Shown: piece by piece, positions 49,100-58,593 of the stretch
Numbering within the stretch: the stretch's first letter is position 1
Layout of the letters: each line of letters starts with the position of its first letter
Assembly (NCBI GenBank): GCA_963783305.1
Contig: CAWAMW010000002.1
Span: 736,001-800,000 of the forward strand
Reading direction: 5' to 3'
DNA length: 64,000 nucleotides
Source of the DNA: an uncultured Gemmatimonadales bacterium
GTDB taxonomy: Bacteria; Gemmatimonadota; Gemmatimonadetes; Longimicrobiales; RSA9
The notes under the pieces: generated by a model
The model's input: only the letters and a program-made list of their open reading frames with translations
Told to the model about the DNA's origin: nothing
Databases searched by the model: none
Position numbers and translations under genes: made by a program

Positions 49100-49848
49100 C
49101 GCTGCTCACCGCGGATCCATGCTTCGACGATCCATTCCCAGCCCAGGTGCTCTCGAATGAATGTGGGGCGGTAGCCGGTGAGTCGCTTCATGGCGTTGCT
49201 CATGGTGAAGCCGTCGCTGTAGCCGAACCGGACGGAGACCCGGTTGATGCTGAGGCGGGTGTTCTGGATCTGTATGGCGACGTGCAGGACGCGCGCGAAC
49301 TGCAGCCAGTGTGAAGGCACGGGCAGGTCGCGCTCCTGAAAGAACCGCCCGAGTGTGCGCCGTGACTGGCACATCCGCGCGGCCAGCCGGTCGATGCTGC
49401 TCACGTGGGGCGCCGCACTGAAGATGGTTTCGACCACCTCTCGAGTCGCCTCGTCCTGGACCACGCCCGAGTCTTCCAGCTGATCGGCCACAGCCGCCGG
49501 CAGCGCTGTAGGAGGTGAGGCCAGCAGCGTCCCCAGCGCATGGGCGAGCCCGCGGCCGGCAGATGGGATCACGGCCCGCGGACGCGTATCGGGAATGTGG
49601 CGCAGGATGGACGCAATCGACGCGATGTCCTCGGGTTGCGGAAGCACGATGAACAGCGGCAGCCACGCCGGCCGAGCGCGCACCCATTCCAGCTCGGGGT
49701 AGATGCTGCCCTCCGGCGCCATGAACCACACGGCAGACCCACCGGGCTCGGGTTCGTGAGGGGACCAGCCCAGCTGAACGGGCTCGTAGCTCCGATAGGG
49801 GGGACAGAAGCGGAAGAGTCCCTGTCTGGGTAGTGTTTCGCGTCGCAT
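49096..49848 (-). CDS. AraC-family helix-turn-helix protein
   Basis: SIDRLAARMCQSRRTLGRFF, VSVRFGYSDGFTMSNAMKRLTG; stop overlaps the STAND gene stop. Confidence 0.85.
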   Translation of the reverse strand: MRRETLPRQGLFRFCPPYRSYEPVQLGWSPHEPEPGGSAVWFMAPEGSIYPELEWVRARPAWLPLFIVLPQPEDIASIASILRHIPDTRPRAVIPSAGRGLAHALGTLLASPPTALPAAVADQLEDSGVVQDEATREVVETIFSAAPHVSSIDRLAARMCQSRRTLGRFFQERDLPVPSHWLQFARVLHVAIQIQNTRLSINRVSVRFGYSDGFTMSNAMKRLTGYRPTFIREHLGWEWIVEAWIRGEQR

Positions 49849-50023
49849 GATGCCTCCGGCGGTTCTGAGGGGTGAAACCAAGCTCACACGCCGGTATCAA
49901 CGAGCTATCAACAATACCCGTTCACCCCGAGCCCGCCGGGACCTCCTCGCTGAGTCTGGAACGGTTCTTCCCGTATGGATATCCGTAATCGGATAGCAAC
50001 GGGGAGCGCGAAAGGAGCGTCAA

Positions 50024-50440
50024 ATGAGCGGTTCGAGCGCGCCTGGCGAGGCGAACAGATCGACGGGGGAGAACGGATCGGGGCGTTCTGCGGGAGAGGA
50101 GCGCCTGACTCTGCTCATGGAGGAATTTCAGCGAAGGCAGGCGGAGCGACCGGAGCTGGTGGTACGGCCATGGTGGATATCCGGCAGCCGGGGCGACGAT
50201 GGCGACGCCCCCCGTCGCATCACGGGGTTCGTGGTGGAGTACTGCCCGCGGGGTGTGGAGAGCGCGGAACTGGCGATCCGACCGGATCGTGTGCGTGTGG
50301 AGGGCCCGCGCGGCTTGCGAGAAGCGCCGCTCGACCTCGAGGCCGGCTGGCGTCTGGCGGGGCGGGACGTAAGCTGTCCACGCCTCATGACCAACCACCT
50401 TCTTTCCATGGCGGATCGGCTGCTGGGCGAAGCTGCGTAG
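50024..50440 (+). CDS. Hypothetical protein
   Basis: SD AAAGGAG, 138-aa ORF. Confidence 0.6.
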   Translation: MSGSSAPGEANRSTGENGSGRSAGEERLTLLMEEFQRRQAERPELVVRPWWISGSRGDDGDAPRRITGFVVEYCPRGVESAELAIRPDRVRVEGPRGLREAPLDLEAGWRLAGRDVSCPRLMTNHLLSMADRLLGEAA

Positions 50441-50456
50441 GCGGTGCCGATCCTGG

Positions 50457-53400
50457 CTAGAGCCGCGCCTCCAATTCCTTCAGCGCGGTCCGTAGCTGAT
50501 CGTAGCGGGTGAACGCGTCCCGCCCCACCCGCTGCGGCGCCGCCGCCACCATGCCGTAGAGGTACCCGATCTGCTCGAGGAGCATGGGCTGCGGGTAGCT
50601 GACGTCTTCGCGCTCCGTCAGCTCCCGGTGCAGCGTTCGCAGTCGCTCCAGGTCCGCGCCCCCGGCGTCCACCATCCGCGCCTCCACTTCCGCCAGCGTC
50701 ATGGCGGCCCGGCTCATTAGCTCTCGCACCGCCAGCGCCAGTCCCTCCTGCTCCTCCAGGTCGTTCGACGTGACGCCCGCCTCCCGCACCCGCGGGTCCA
50801 TCACCACTGTCAGCGGGCGCGTCGCGCTCCAGGCGCCCGCGCTCACCCGCACGCTGTAGCGACCGGGCGCCACCGCGGGGCCGCTACGGTCCAGCGACGC
50901 GGCGCCATCGCGGTCCATGGTCCAGGCGCCCGCGTGCTGGAGGGGAGCCACGAACCGCGTATGGCCCGCCTTGCGAGGGACGGACGGTCCGCCCACCCGC
51001 AGCCGCTCCTCGCCGCGCATGGACGGGGAGACGACCAGCTGGTACCCGCTCTCCTCGCTCGACCAGCCGTTCAATACCGCGCCGCTCTCGTCCAACAGCT
51101 CCACCACGACCGGCGAGTCCGGCGCCACGTCCAGCACCCAGTCCACGACGGCACCCGGCTCTCCGAACTCCGGGTCCATGGGATCGGCGGTGTAGCCCCA
51201 GCCCCCGGTCCGCCAGCGAGCGAGCGTGGCCGTGGCGGGCGGGTACAGGTGGGCCGCGGCCGCGGCCACCGCGCCGTCCAGCCGGCGAAGCGGCGTCAGG
51301 TCCCGCAGCACCTGGAAGCCGCGCCCCATGGTGGACACCACCAGGTCGTTCTGGAGCGCCTCCGAAGCGGCCGAGGGGAACGCCATGTCGGTGACGGGTG
51401 TCACGGGCAGATCGAGCTGGAGCGGCTGCCAGTGGGCCCCGTCGTCGAACGACACGTACGCCCCGAACTCCGCTCCCGCGTAGAGGAGCCCCGGGCGCAC
51501 GGGGTCCTCGCGCGTGACCCGGACCGGGTAATCGGCTGGGATCCCGTTGTCACCTGGCGTGAGCAGCTGCCAGGTACGGCCGTAGTCGCGGGTGCGGTAG
51601 ACATACGGCCGCCAGTCGTCGAGCATGAACCGGAGCACGCTGTAGATGGCGGTCGCCGGGTCGTACGGAGATGCATCGATCGACTGCACCCGGCCGCCCG
51701 GCGGCAGGTCCGGCGGTGTCACATCGCGCCAGGTGGCGCCGTCGTCCACGCTGACGTGGAAGGGCCCATCATACGACCCGACCCAGATCACACCCCGCCG
51801 TACCGGGCTCTCCTCGATGGCATACAGCGTCGAGTAGACCTCCTCGCCCGTCGCGTCACGGGTGATCGGCTCGCCGGGAACGCCCTGCGTCCCGGGCGGT
51901 GTAGCCGTGAGGTCGTCGCTCAGGCGCTCCCACGTGACGCCGCCGTCCGTGGTACGGTGCACGTACTGGGAGCCATGATACACGACGTTCGGATCGTGGG
52001 GGCTCACCTCCACCGGTGCCACGCGCTGGAACCGGTAGGGCAGGTCGCGGGGCGCGTGACCGTACATGTACACGCCGCCCACGTAGCGGTGCTGGAGCTC
52101 CCCCGTCCGCCGGTCCCATACCATGAAGCGGCCCTTGCACGCGTTGTAGTTGACGCTCGGGTCGCCCGGCTTCGGGACCGCCGGTCCCGTCTCGCACGTC
52201 CCGCCGCCATAGTGGATCATGCTACCGAGCGGCGATGGCCGGCTCGGCACGCCCACGATGTCCCGGTCCTGCTGCCCGGCCCACGCCCAGTAGGGGAACC
52301 GGTCGTCGAGCTTCACGCCATAGAGCTCGGCTGTTGGCTGATTCGTCTGAGGTGACCACGTGCGCCCGCCGTCGGTGCTCACGTTCGCGCCACCATCGTT
52401 GCCCTGAACCATGAGATCGGTGTCGGCCGGGTCGATCCAGATGTCATGGTTGTCGCCGTGCGGGGTGTCCACGGTGTGCCAGCTCTCGCCGCCATCGGTG
52501 GACCGGAAGAGGGGCACGTGCGCGTTCACCCACACCGTCTCCGGATCCGTCGGATCTACGTCGACGTTCGTGTAGTAGAACGCGCGCGCGGTGAGCCGGT
52601 CGTTGGACGAAATCTGGCGCCAGCTGCGGCCGCCGTCGTCGCTCCGGTACAGGCCATCCTCCGGGTCCGGCGCCTCGATCAGCGCGTACACCGTCTCCGG
52701 CGCGGAGCGCGCTACCGCCAGGTCGATCTTCCCGAACAGGTCGCCCGCGCCCGTGGGAAGACCGCCGCCGAGCTCGGTCCAGCTGTCACCGCCATCGATG
52801 GACTTGAAGACGCCGCCCTCGCGCGCGCCGCTGATGATCGTCCACGGCCGCCGCTCCGCGCGCCAGCTCGAGGCGTAGAGGACGTCCGGATCCCGCGGAT
52901 CGATCTCCACGTCCACGATCCCCGTGCTGTCGCTGATGAACAGCACGTTCTCCCACGTCTCGCCGCCATCCCGGGTCCGATACAGACCCCGCTCCGGGTT
53001 CGGCCCGAACGGGTGCCCGATCGCCGCCACATATGCGACGTCCGGGTCCCGCGGATCCACCTCGATCGCCCCCGTGTTCCCGATGTCGCGCAGCCCCAGG
53101 AACCGCCACGTCTCGCCCGCGTCCGTCGATCGGTACACCCCCAGCCCCGTGACCACGTTGCTGCGGTACCCGTCGCTGCCCGTGGCCACCCACACCACGT
53201 CCGGGTTCGATTCCGCCACCCGGATGCCACCCACCGACGGCGTCTCGAACCAGCCGTCGCTCAGGTTCGCCCAGCGCTCGCCGTAATCCTCCGTCTTCCA
53301 GACACCCCCCCCGGTCGCGCCCATGTAGTACGTCCCGGGACGATCGACCACGCCCGTCACCGCCGTCACTCGCCCGCCCCGCGCGGGGCCGATCCAGTCC

Positions 53401-53618
53401 CACGTCATGTCCGCGAACAGCGCAGGGTCGAAGACGACAGTGCCCGGCGCCGGCGCCCTTCGCTCCGCCAGCGGCGTCGGCGGGCGCTCAGTCACCGCCG
53501 GGCCGGTCGGCTCGGCGACGGGGCCCACTGGTCCGCCCGCAGAAGAGGCCGTGGCGCAGGCGCCCAGGAGGAGTGAAACGCCGAGCGCGGACGCTGAGGC
53601 CCTGAAGCTGTGGAGCAT
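50457..53618 (-). CDS. VPS10/BNR-repeat glycosyl hydrolase-like lipoprotein (paralogue of 6981-10124)
   Basis: LGAC lipobox, WIGPARGGRV, Asp-boxes, HGDNHDIW, GNDGGANV. Confidence 0.9.
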   Translation of the reverse strand: MLHSFRASASALGVSLLLGACATASSAGGPVGPVAEPTGPAVTERPPTPLAERRAPAPGTVVFDPALFADMTWDWIGPARGGRVTAVTGVVDRPGTYYMGATGGGVWKTEDYGERWANLSDGWFETPSVGGIRVAESNPDVVWVATGSDGYRSNVVTGLGVYRSTDAGETWRFLGLRDIGNTGAIEVDPRDPDVAYVAAIGHPFGPNPERGLYRTRDGGETWENVLFISDSTGIVDVEIDPRDPDVLYASSWRAERRPWTIISGAREGGVFKSIDGGDSWTELGGGLPTGAGDLFGKIDLAVARSAPETVYALIEAPDPEDGLYRSDDGGRSWRQISSNDRLTARAFYYTNVDVDPTDPETVWVNAHVPLFRSTDGGESWHTVDTPHGDNHDIWIDPADTDLMVQGNDGGANVSTDGGRTWSPQTNQPTAELYGVKLDDRFPYWAWAGQQDRDIVGVPSRPSPLGSMIHYGGGTCETGPAVPKPGDPSVNYNACKGRFMVWDRRTGELQHRYVGGVYMYGHAPRDLPYRFQRVAPVEVSPHDPNVVYHGSQYVHRTTDGGVTWERLSDDLTATPPGTQGVPGEPITRDATGEEVYSTLYAIEESPVRRGVIWVGSYDGPFHVSVDDGATWRDVTPPDLPPGGRVQSIDASPYDPATAIYSVLRFMLDDWRPYVYRTRDYGRTWQLLTPGDNGIPADYPVRVTREDPVRPGLLYAGAEFGAYVSFDDGAHWQPLQLDLPVTPVTDMAFPSAASEALQNDLVVSTMGRGFQVLRDLTPLRRLDGAVAAAAAHLYPPATATLARWRTGGWGYTADPMDPEFGEPGAVVDWVLDVAPDSPVVVELLDESGAVLNGWSSEESGYQLVVSPSMRGEERLRVGGPSVPRKAGHTRFVAPLQHAGAWTMDRDGAASLDRSGPAVAPGRYSVRVSAGAWSATRPLTVVMDPRVREAGVTSNDLEEQEGLALAVRELMSRAAMTLAEVEARMVDAGGADLERLRTLHRELTEREDVSYPQPMLLEQIGYLYGMVAAAPQRVGRDAFTRYDQLRTALKELEARL

Positions 53619-53753
53619 GGAGTTCTCTGCGGTTGGATGTCCCTCGGGGACCTATAATGCGATACGGCCACCGGGCGGGCCAGCCCGCGCCCCGCCGGGT
53701 CCGCTCCCCGCACCCTCTACCGCGCCGTCCGTCACCTTCTTAGCTTCTCAGCC

Positions 53754-54149
53754 ATGGCCTATCCAGACCGATTCTACGGCGAACGCGTCCGGCGCTTCAG
53801 CAACCGGATCGAGACAGTCCTCTTTGACGCGTACCGTCGCACCGATGCCCATCGCGACCAGATCGGCGCCGGACCGCCCCACCCGGGAGAGCTCCAGCTC
53901 TTCTCGTGGCCCCAGGAGTGGCCGGACTGGGCCTGCGGCTTTGGCGAAGACGCACGCCAGGACGCGTGCATCGACCAGACCCACGTCGTCACCGATGACG
54001 GCACGCATATGGTCTACATCTATCACGCCGGCCGCTTCGTCCGCGCCCTCGAGAACCCTGGCAGGGCCTTCTGGGTGGCCGTGCGAAAGCACCACCTCCC
54101 GGGCGCGACCGACGTCGAGGAATGGACGCGGCTCGCCGAGCAGGACTAG
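53754..54149 (+). CDS. Hypothetical protein
   Basis: 131-aa ORF with protein-like composition and high-GC codon usage. Confidence 0.65.
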   Translation: MAYPDRFYGERVRRFSNRIETVLFDAYRRTDAHRDQIGAGPPHPGELQLFSWPQEWPDWACGFGEDARQDACIDQTHVVTDDGTHMVYIYHAGRFVRALENPGRAFWVAVRKHHLPGATDVEEWTRLAEQD

Positions 54150-54243
54150 TCGTCAAAAGCGCGCCTTTCCACCCCACCCGCCGAACGCCACTGGCCGCCA
54201 GGAAGGTGAGATCCTTGACCACCAGCCCGATCCGCGTGACTGA

Positions 54244-56262
54244 TCAGGGTTCACTTCGCCGGACCACCAGGCGGCGGAAATACCAGATCAGCGCGACGAA
54301 GAGCACCAGCGCGAGCCACGGCCCCGCCGCCCCCGCCCACTCGTAGCCCACCGTCCACGGGTTCTGGCCCCGCGACACGGCGTAGCCGGCCGCGCCGGCG
54401 ATGACCACGCCGATCAGGCCCTCACCGCCCACGAGCCCGGAGCCGAACAGGATCCCGCGGTCGCGCCGGGCGGTGCCCTCCTCCTCGTCGTCGGCCTGCC
54501 GGACGAGCAGCATGCGGAGCAGCCCACCCAGAAACACCGGGAACATGGTCGATACGGGGAGGTACACGCCCACCGCGAAGGGCAGGGACGGGATGCGAGC
54601 CACCTCGGCGAGCAGGGCGATCCCGGCGCCGATGGCCACGAGCACCCACGGCAGGTTCTGCGCGAGGACACCATCGATCACCAGCTTCATGAGCGTGGCC
54701 TGGGGCGCCGGTAGCTCCTCACCGCCGAACCCATAGGCGTTCGCCAGCAGGAGGACGGTCAACGCCACGAACGCCGCGGACGTGAGCACGCCCACCAGCT
54801 CGCCGATCTGCTGACGGCGCGGTGTGGCCCCGAGCAGCATACCCGTCTTCAGATCCTGCGAGCTGTCCCCGGCGATCGAGGCCGCGATGGCCACCACCGC
54901 CCCTACCGTGAGCGCCGCCACCTTCCCCGCATCGTCGGTCCACCCGAGGATAAGGAAAATGCTCGCGGTGCCCAGCAGCGTCGCAATGGTCATCCCGCTG
55001 GTGGGGTTGGACGTTACCCCCACCAGGCCCACGATCCTGGAGCTCACCGTCACGAAGAAGAACGCGAAGATCACCACCAGAAGCGCCGCGATGGCACGGC
55101 CCCAGGCGAATTCAATGCTGCTGAACGCCTGCGGGACCAGCGCCAGAATCAGGAATACGGCCAGGGCCCCGATTCCCACCACGCGCAGAGACAGGTCGTT
55201 CTCCGTCCGCATCACCTTCTCCGCCTCATCGCCGGCGGCGAGTCGGTCCCGGATCTGCGCCGCGCCGATCTTGAAGCTCTCGATCATGGTCGGGATGCTC
55301 CGGATGAGCGTGATCAGCCCCCCCGTTGCCACCGCGCCCGCTCCGATGTAGCGCACGTACCGGGTCCAGATGAGACTGGCGTCCATCTCCGCGATCGTGA
55401 GCGCGGTCTCCGGGAACAGCGGATCCACCCGTCCCGCACCCCACCAGTCGATGAGGGGGATGATCACCAGCCAGGAGAGGAGCCCGCCCCCCACCATGAT
55501 GGTCGCGATCCTCGGACCCAGGATGTACCCGACACCGAAGAGCGCAGGCGAGATATCGCTCCCGAGCTGACCCTTCCGCAGGAACGGGATATGGACCTCG
55601 ATGGAATCCGGCACCGCGCGCATCCACCCCGTGATGCCTTTCATCGCCGCGCCCACCCCGAGCCCGAGGAACACGTTCCTGGCCCGCGACCCGCCGCCCT
55701 CGGCCGCCTTCAGCACTTCCGCGCACGCCGTACCCTCGGGGTACGGCAGCTCGTGATGCTCCCGCACGATCAGGTACGGGCGCAGCGGGATCATGAACAG
55801 CACGCCCAGAAGACCGCCGCACATGGCCAGCAGCGTGATCTGCACCACGTTCGTCTCGAAGCCCCAGAGGAAGAGCGCCGGGAGTGTGAAAATCACGCCG
55901 CTGGCGATGGAGCTCGAGGCCGAGCCCACCGTCTGTGACATGTTGGCTTCCAGAATCGAGCTCTTCACTCCCCCCGCACGCAGCGCGCGGAAGAGCGCGA
56001 CCGTCATGACGGCCACGGGGATCGATGTAGAGATCGTCAGACCCGCCCGCAGCCCCAGGTACGCGTTGGCGGCCCCGAACAGGATGCCGAACATGATTCC
56101 CGCGGCGATCGCCTTGACCGTCGCCTCCGGCGGGCTTTCCCCCGCCGCCACGTACGGCGCCGGCGGCCGGTCGGTCGGGCCGGCCACATCACCCGCCGGC
56201 ATCATCGCGCCCGGTTTCCCCGGGTCGGACGTAGGGGAGCTCCTTCCTCGGTCGGCCGCCAT
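54244..56262 (-). CDS. OPT family oligopeptide transporter
   Basis: NAYLGLRAGLTISTSIP, LPYPEGTAC, SQDLKTG..GATP, PAPQATLM. Confidence 0.93.
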   Translation of the reverse strand: MAADRGRSSPTSDPGKPGAMMPAGDVAGPTDRPPAPYVAAGESPPEATVKAIAAGIMFGILFGAANAYLGLRAGLTISTSIPVAVMTVALFRALRAGGVKSSILEANMSQTVGSASSSIASGVIFTLPALFLWGFETNVVQITLLAMCGGLLGVLFMIPLRPYLIVREHHELPYPEGTACAEVLKAAEGGGSRARNVFLGLGVGAAMKGITGWMRAVPDSIEVHIPFLRKGQLGSDISPALFGVGYILGPRIATIMVGGGLLSWLVIIPLIDWWGAGRVDPLFPETALTIAEMDASLIWTRYVRYIGAGAVATGGLITLIRSIPTMIESFKIGAAQIRDRLAAGDEAEKVMRTENDLSLRVVGIGALAVFLILALVPQAFSSIEFAWGRAIAALLVVIFAFFFVTVSSRIVGLVGVTSNPTSGMTIATLLGTASIFLILGWTDDAGKVAALTVGAVVAIAASIAGDSSQDLKTGMLLGATPRRQQIGELVGVLTSAAFVALTVLLLANAYGFGGEELPAPQATLMKLVIDGVLAQNLPWVLVAIGAGIALLAEVARIPSLPFAVGVYLPVSTMFPVFLGGLLRMLLVRQADDEEEGTARRDRGILFGSGLVGGEGLIGVVIAGAAGYAVSRGQNPWTVGYEWAGAAGPWLALVLFVALIWYFRRLVVRRSEP

Positions 56263-56687
56263 CGCGCTGCTCCTGAAACTGGAAACGGAAGGGCGCCAAA
56301 TTAGACCCGCCCCGGTCGCGAGGCCAGACGCCCGGAGGGAGGCGGAGGAGGGGAGGAGGGGAGGAGGGGGCGCGCAGCTGGAACACCCGTTGCCCGGAGA
56401 CGCAAACGACTCGAGGCACTCAGGACTTCATCGCAGGTGCCGTACTCGGCCGCCTCGCCCCGCTGGTGCGGGCTCTCGGCTACTCCGTCATCGTCGACGA
56501 CCGATGCCTTCTGGCCCACGATCGCCGCGCTCCTGCCAGACGTGCCGGGCGATCCACGCGTCCGGGCCGTGCGGTTCCGTCGCCGCCCCCCGGTGCGACG
56601 AGGCGTACTGGGAGGGCAGCCACACTCGACGGATGTGACGCCGGCTGGAGGCGACTGCGCCGGTGCCCCAGCGACAGACCCCCGGAG

Positions 56688-57119
56688 CTAGGGCGCCAGC
56701 GGGTCGTCACTTCCCGTGGCTCCGGTGTCGGATCCGCCCTCGGCCGTGGCGGTAGTCTCCGTCGTCTCGCCCGTGCGCGGGAGCGCGACCACGTCATGAT
56801 CGCCCGTTTCGCTGCGGGCCGCCCGCTGTTCCAGCTCCTTCCGCAGCTCCGCGATCTTCGCCTGCACCTTCTGGAGGAGCCCGTCCAGACGGGGCTGGAC
56901 GTCGGCCAGGAAGCGATCGACCCGTGGCTTCACGTCCTCCATGGCGTCGTCCACGCGCGGGCGCAGCTCCTTCACTGCCGAGTCGACCCGAGCGTCCAGC
57001 TCCTCGAACGCCTTCCGGAACTTCGGACGCGCCTCCTCGATGGCGGCATCGATCCGCGCCTCCAGATCCGCCAGGACGTCGCGCCGCGGCCGCTTCTCGT
57101 GATTCTGCTGCTCGTCCAC
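56688..57119 (-). CDS. Hypothetical amphipathic-helix (apolipoprotein-like repeat) protein
   Basis: SD AAGGAGG before GTG; 11-mer-like repeats ELRPRVDDAME / DVKPRVDRFLA / DVQPRLDGLL. Confidence 0.7.
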   Translation of the reverse strand: MDEQQNHEKRPRRDVLADLEARIDAAIEEARPKFRKAFEELDARVDSAVKELRPRVDDAMEDVKPRVDRFLADVQPRLDGLLQKVQAKIAELRKELEQRAARSETGDHDVVALPRTGETTETTATAEGGSDTGATGSDDPLAP

Positions 57120-57263
57120 CGTTGCCTCCTTGAAATGCTCCAGACTGCGGGTTCGCACCCGGTGATCACACTACGGCAATGGTGGATGCGGGTTTCGGGC
57201 CGCGCCCCTGCCACGCGTCTTGCATGGAATACCGGCTGCCGTTCCCCGGACGCGGAGTCCTGC

Positions 57264-57788
57264 ATGAGACCCACCGAGATCGATCAGCCCATGGACCTCC
57301 TGACCCTCTGCGAAAGCATGAAGGCCAACGCGGAAACCGTGGCCACCGCAGTGATCGACCACTGGGAGTCCATCGCGGAAGGGGAACCGTGGCAGGCCCT
57401 CCCTCCCGACCTCGACCACAACCACCTCCCGCAACTCGTCCGGAGCCTGGCCGCGGCCGGCCTGTGCACCGACTTCGATCGCGAGCTGTGCCGCTCCATG
57501 GTCCACGACTCCGCGGAGCACGGCCGGCACCGCGCCGCGGAGGGTCTCGAAGACGCCCTCCTCTACCGGGAGTACCACCTCCTGCGCCGCGCGCTCTGGC
57601 AGCATATGAAGAAGGACCACGGGGAGACGGCCACCGTCTACTACGCCACCATGCGGATTGATGCCCTGATCAGCCTGGCGAACTCCGCAGCGCTCTACGG
57701 GCTCAACTGGAAGACGCTCGAGGCGGAAGGACGCTGGCCCGACGTCCTGGATGAGCTCCTCGACGAATGGCCGCTGCCGCGCGCCTGA
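57264..57788 (+). CDS. Stand-alone RsbRD-N/globin-like helical domain protein
   Basis: EHGRHRAAEG..LYREYHLLRRALW pattern; start at 57264 or 57291. Confidence 0.6.
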   Translation: MRPTEIDQPMDLLTLCESMKANAETVATAVIDHWESIAEGEPWQALPPDLDHNHLPQLVRSLAAAGLCTDFDRELCRSMVHDSAEHGRHRAAEGLEDALLYREYHLLRRALWQHMKKDHGETATVYYATMRIDALISLANSAALYGLNWKTLEAEGRWPDVLDELLDEWPLPRA

Positions 57789-57811
57789 GCGGCGTTACCC
57801 GTCGACCTTCC

Positions 57812-58495
57812 TCACCTCCGATGGCGCCGCTTCCGCGTACGCACGATTGACGATCGGCACGTCGCCCGGGGAGTGCATCCCACCCGCTTCGCGGTCTGCC
57901 GCCATGGCGCGCCGTGCCCCCTGTGGCCGTGTACCAGCCACGTCTCCGCGTGCGCCATCTCGTGAAGCATCGTGTCGTGCAGGGCTCCGCGGTTCACCGG
58001 GAGCAGGAGGTCAGCAGAAATGGCGATCTCGAGCACGGACGCGGTATCGGGGTCGTAGCGGATCGTCCCCAGTGAGCGCGTCATCCTGCGGCTGAGCCGG
58101 AGCGGAATCTCCGGCAACCGGTCACCAAAACGCTCGCGGTTCAGCCGCCGGAACAGCCGCCTGAGGGGCTCCGTCTCCGGTCCATCCGTGGAAGGGCCGG
58201 CGCGCCGCGGTCGCTGCCGCCGCGCCGACTGCAGCCCCCGTTGGGTGCCCTCCCAGCTGCGGAGCTGCTCCAACGCACGCGAAGCCGCCGGAGAGGAGCG
58301 GCGGGCGCTTACGAAGTGTGCCACCGCCTCGAGAATGTGAGGCGGCGCGTTCCTGAAGCAGACATGGCTGTTCAGGGTCCGACCGTCCTTCGAGACGGAC
58401 AGGAGTACGGTGCGGTTCGAACGGTAACGGACGCTGCGGATCCGGGAGTCCCGGATGCGCAGCTCCGCCAGCAACGGGTCGGTGGCAGGTGTCAT
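57812..58495 (-). CDS. SprT-like zinc metalloprotease domain protein
   Basis: LNRERF, MTRSLG, LHEMAH, HGAPW. Confidence 0.85.
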   Translation of the reverse strand: MTPATDPLLAELRIRDSRIRSVRYRSNRTVLLSVSKDGRTLNSHVCFRNAPPHILEAVAHFVSARRSSPAASRALEQLRSWEGTQRGLQSARRQRPRRAGPSTDGPETEPLRRLFRRLNRERFGDRLPEIPLRLSRRMTRSLGTIRYDPDTASVLEIAISADLLLPVNRGALHDTMLHEMAHAETWLVHGHRGHGAPWRQTAKRVGCTPRATCRSSIVRTRKRRHRR

Positions 58496-58593
58496 GCAAT
58501 GGAAGCTAACGAGTGCAGCCTCGGTTGCCGACGGGGGCGGGACATCGTACGCTGACCGCTTCCGAACCCCTGATCACCGCACCTGAGGATCCG

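Noticed and set aside
44300..49100. Prophage, integrative element or anti-phage Avs/STAND defence system
   Set aside because: No integrase, att repeats or phage genes; the STAND protein has a wHTH/BTAD regulator N-terminus rather than a nuclease or other effector domain.
6981..53618. Recent duplication of the two VPS10-like hydrolases
   Set aside because: They share family motifs but are clearly divergent paralogues, not a DNA-level repeat.
56330..56690. G-rich tract (possible G-quadruplex) and a possible frameshifted gene remnant upstream of OPT
   Set aside because: No recognisable protein motif or clear start; G-runs are common at this GC content.
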